Assembly: GCA_046331095.1 (NCBI GenBank) | Contig: JAXLRM010000008.1 | Coordinates: 69,074 to 133,073, forward strand | Direction: 5' to 3' | Length of the DNA stretch: 64,000 bases | From: Acidimicrobiia bacterium | Lineage (GTDB): Bacteria; Actinomycetota; Acidimicrobiia; UBA2766 | Part shown: positions 62,343-64,000 of the stretch, one piece after another | How the letters are laid out: each line of letters begins with the position of its first letter | Numbering within the stretch: the stretch's first letter is position 1 | The notes under the pieces: generated by a model | Told to the model about the DNA's origin: nothing | Databases searched by the model: none | Seen by the model: only the letters and a program-made list of their open reading frames with translations | Made by a program: the position numbers and the translations under genes

Positions 62343-63701
62343 TCAGATCACGGAAGCGGCTGTCTTGATGCGCTCGACTGCCCCGGTCGCCTCGATCTCC
62401 GTCGGTGCCTGAACCATCACCCTGAGAACCGGCTCGGTGCCCGAGGGCCGCACGACCACACGTCCCGTGTTGCCGAGTTGATCCCGAGTTGCGGAGACCA
62501 CGTCCCAGAAGCCGGCCGCAGTATCGAGCTTCTCGCGATCGTGGAGTGGGAGCGCGACCGCGACCTGAGGGTACGACCGCATCCGTCCTGCCAGGTCCGC
62601 CAGTGACATCCCCGTTCGGCCCAACACCTGGACGAGTTGGAGCGCTGTCAGGAGGCCACAGCCCGTGGGACTCAGGTGGCGGAAGATGACGTGACCCGAC
62701 TGCTCCCCGCCGAGGGCGAGGTCACGGTCCTCCAGCGCCTTGAGCACGTTGCGGTCGCCCACCGGGCACTCGACAACCTCGATCCCGCTCTCACGTAGGA
62801 GAACCTCGAGGCCGACATTGCTCATCACCGTGGCCACGATGGCATCGCCGGGGAGTTCGCCGCGGGAGTGCATGTCGAGCCCGCACACGGCAAGGATGTG
62901 ATCGCCGTCCACGACATTGCCGGTCGCGTCGACGGCGATGAGCCGATCGGCGTCACCGTCGAACGCGAGGCCGACGTCGGCACCGGTGGCAACCACGGCA
63001 GCGGCGAGGGCATCGGGTGCGGTTGCGCCGCAACCGGCGTTGATGTTCGTACCGTCGGGCTCGGCGAAACGCACGTCGACGTCGGCGCCGACACGGCGCA
63101 AAACCTCGGGTCCGAGGACCGACGCAGCCCCGTTGGCGGCGTCGACCACCACCTTGAGGCCGTCGAAAGGCACCGAGACCGTGGCGAGAAGGATCTCCAG
63201 GTAGCGCTCCGCCAGCTCCGGCCTTGTCCTGATACGGCCGACGGCTCCCCCAGTCGGGCGCGGAAGACGACCGGCATCCTCGAGGTGGCGACCCTCCTCG
63301 CCCTCGAGCAGCTCCTCGATCTCCTCCTCGTCGGCGGGCGTGAGCTTGGTGCCACCGCGAGCGAAGAACTTGACGCCGTTGTCGGCAGCGGGGTTGTGCG
63401 ACGCGGACACGACTGCACCGGCGTCAGCGCCGATGTCGCGGCTCAACAGAGCCACAGCGGCGGTGGGTACGACGCCGAGATCGACCACGTCGACCCCGCA
63501 GGACGCGAGGCCGGCTGCAAGCGCCTGTGCCAACAAGCCGCTACTGGCGCGGGTGTCGCGGCCCACGAGGAACACAGGACGGTCCGCGCTGTCACGCCCG
63601 AGGACGTGTCCGGCAGCACGACCGAGACCGAGGACCAGCTCGGGCGACAGCTCACTGTTGGCGGCACCGCGGATCCCGTCGGTGCCGAAGCGGGGTGTCA
63701 C
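62343..63701 (-). CDS. glmM: Phosphoglucosamine mutase
   Basis: [15 protein letters not shown]..., phosphoserine loop [14 protein letters not shown], full-length 452 aa. Confidence 0.95.
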   Translation of the reverse strand: MTPRFGTDGIRGAANSELSPELVLGLGRAAGHVLGRDSADRPVFLVGRDTRASSGLLAQALAAGLASCGVDVVDLGVVPTAAVALLSRDIGADAGAVVSASHNPAADNGVKFFARGGTKLTPADEEEIEELLEGEEGRHLEDAGRLPRPTGGAVGRIRTRPELAERYLEILLATVSVPFDGLKVVVDAANGAASVLGPEVLRRVGADVDVRFAEPDGTNINAGCGATAPDALAAAVVATGADVGLAFDGDADRLIAVDATGNVVDGDHILAVCGLDMHSRGELPGDAIVATVMSNVGLEVLLRESGIEVVECPVGDRNVLKALEDRDLALGGEQSGHVIFRHLSPTGCGLLTALQLVQVLGRTGMSLADLAGRMRSYPQVAVALPLHDREKLDTAAGFWDVVSATRDQLGNTGRVVVRPSGTEPVLRVMVQAPTEIEATGAVERIKTAASVI

Positions 63702-64000
63702 CGCTTCGAGTACTGCGGTGCCTTCCGGGCCTTCTTGAGCCCGTACTTCTTGCGCTCCTTCTTGCGGGCGTCCCGGGTCAGGAACCCGCCGCTCTTGAGC
63801 TTGGCCCGGTTCTCGGGGTCGACCTCGACGAGCGCGCGGGAGATGCCGAGCACGACTGCGCCGGCCTGGCCCGTGGCACCACCGCCCGCGAGGGTGACGT
63901 CGACGTCGTAGGCGCCCTCGGCACCGGCGACCTTGAACGGCTCGGCGATGAGCATCTGATGCGTCTTGGAGGGGAAGTACTTCGCGAGTTCCCGGCCGTT
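63698..64000 (-). CDS. rpsI: 30S ribosomal protein S9 (5' end beyond the window edge)
   Basis: ...[24 protein letters not shown]...[20 protein letters not shown]...YSKR is the canonical S9 C-terminus. Confidence 0.9.
   Translation of the reverse strand, partial: NGRELAKYFPSKTHQMLIAEPFKVAGAEGAYDVDVTLAGGGATGQAGAVVLGISRALVEVDPENRAKLKSGGFLTRDARKKERKKYGLKKARKAPQYSKR

Overview
This is a high-GC (about 70%) actinobacterial-type chromosomal segment with dense, mostly co-directional operons. The right third (about 40.9-64 kb) keeps the conserved actinobacterial block rpsI-glmM-(hydrolase)-glmS ... nnr-alr-(S58 peptidase)-udg-tsaE-tsaB-rimI-tsaD-groES-groEL. It continues leftward into rmlC, an ABM monooxygenase, a FIST protein, a large hybrid sensor kinase, sdhCD, an IMPase, a Nudix hydrolase, guaB3 and guaA. 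The left half carries nhaA (partial), an FHA-GGDEF protein, two trkA genes, two tandem paralogous APC-type permeases with unusual C-terminal extensions, idsA, sucCD, a B12-binding mutase subunit, an ABC ATPase, a lipase, pcrA, an M20 peptidase, a frameshifted acyl-CoA synthetase, a CvnD/MglA-like GTPase, and a Frz/Wsp-like chemosensory operon (MCP-CheW-CheA::REC-REC::GAF-CheR::TPR). Non-coding features are a glmS ribozyme, a CIRCE operator upstream of groES, a palindromic REP-like element family present as phased 62-bp tandem pairs at four intergenic loci (plus a solo half-site), a 3x93-bp tandem repeat, and a 5x14-bp microsatellite. The most unusual gene set is an operon joining a radical-SAM/Cys-rich protein, a DUF2064 transferase and a GT2 transferase (the rSAM/selenodomain-associated cassette) to a membrane-fused sulfite-oxidase-family molybdoenzyme, a methyltransferase and a two-component system. 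No rRNA, tRNA, CRISPR array, transposase or integrase was recognised. Coordinates of starts are approximate (GTG/TTG starts are common).
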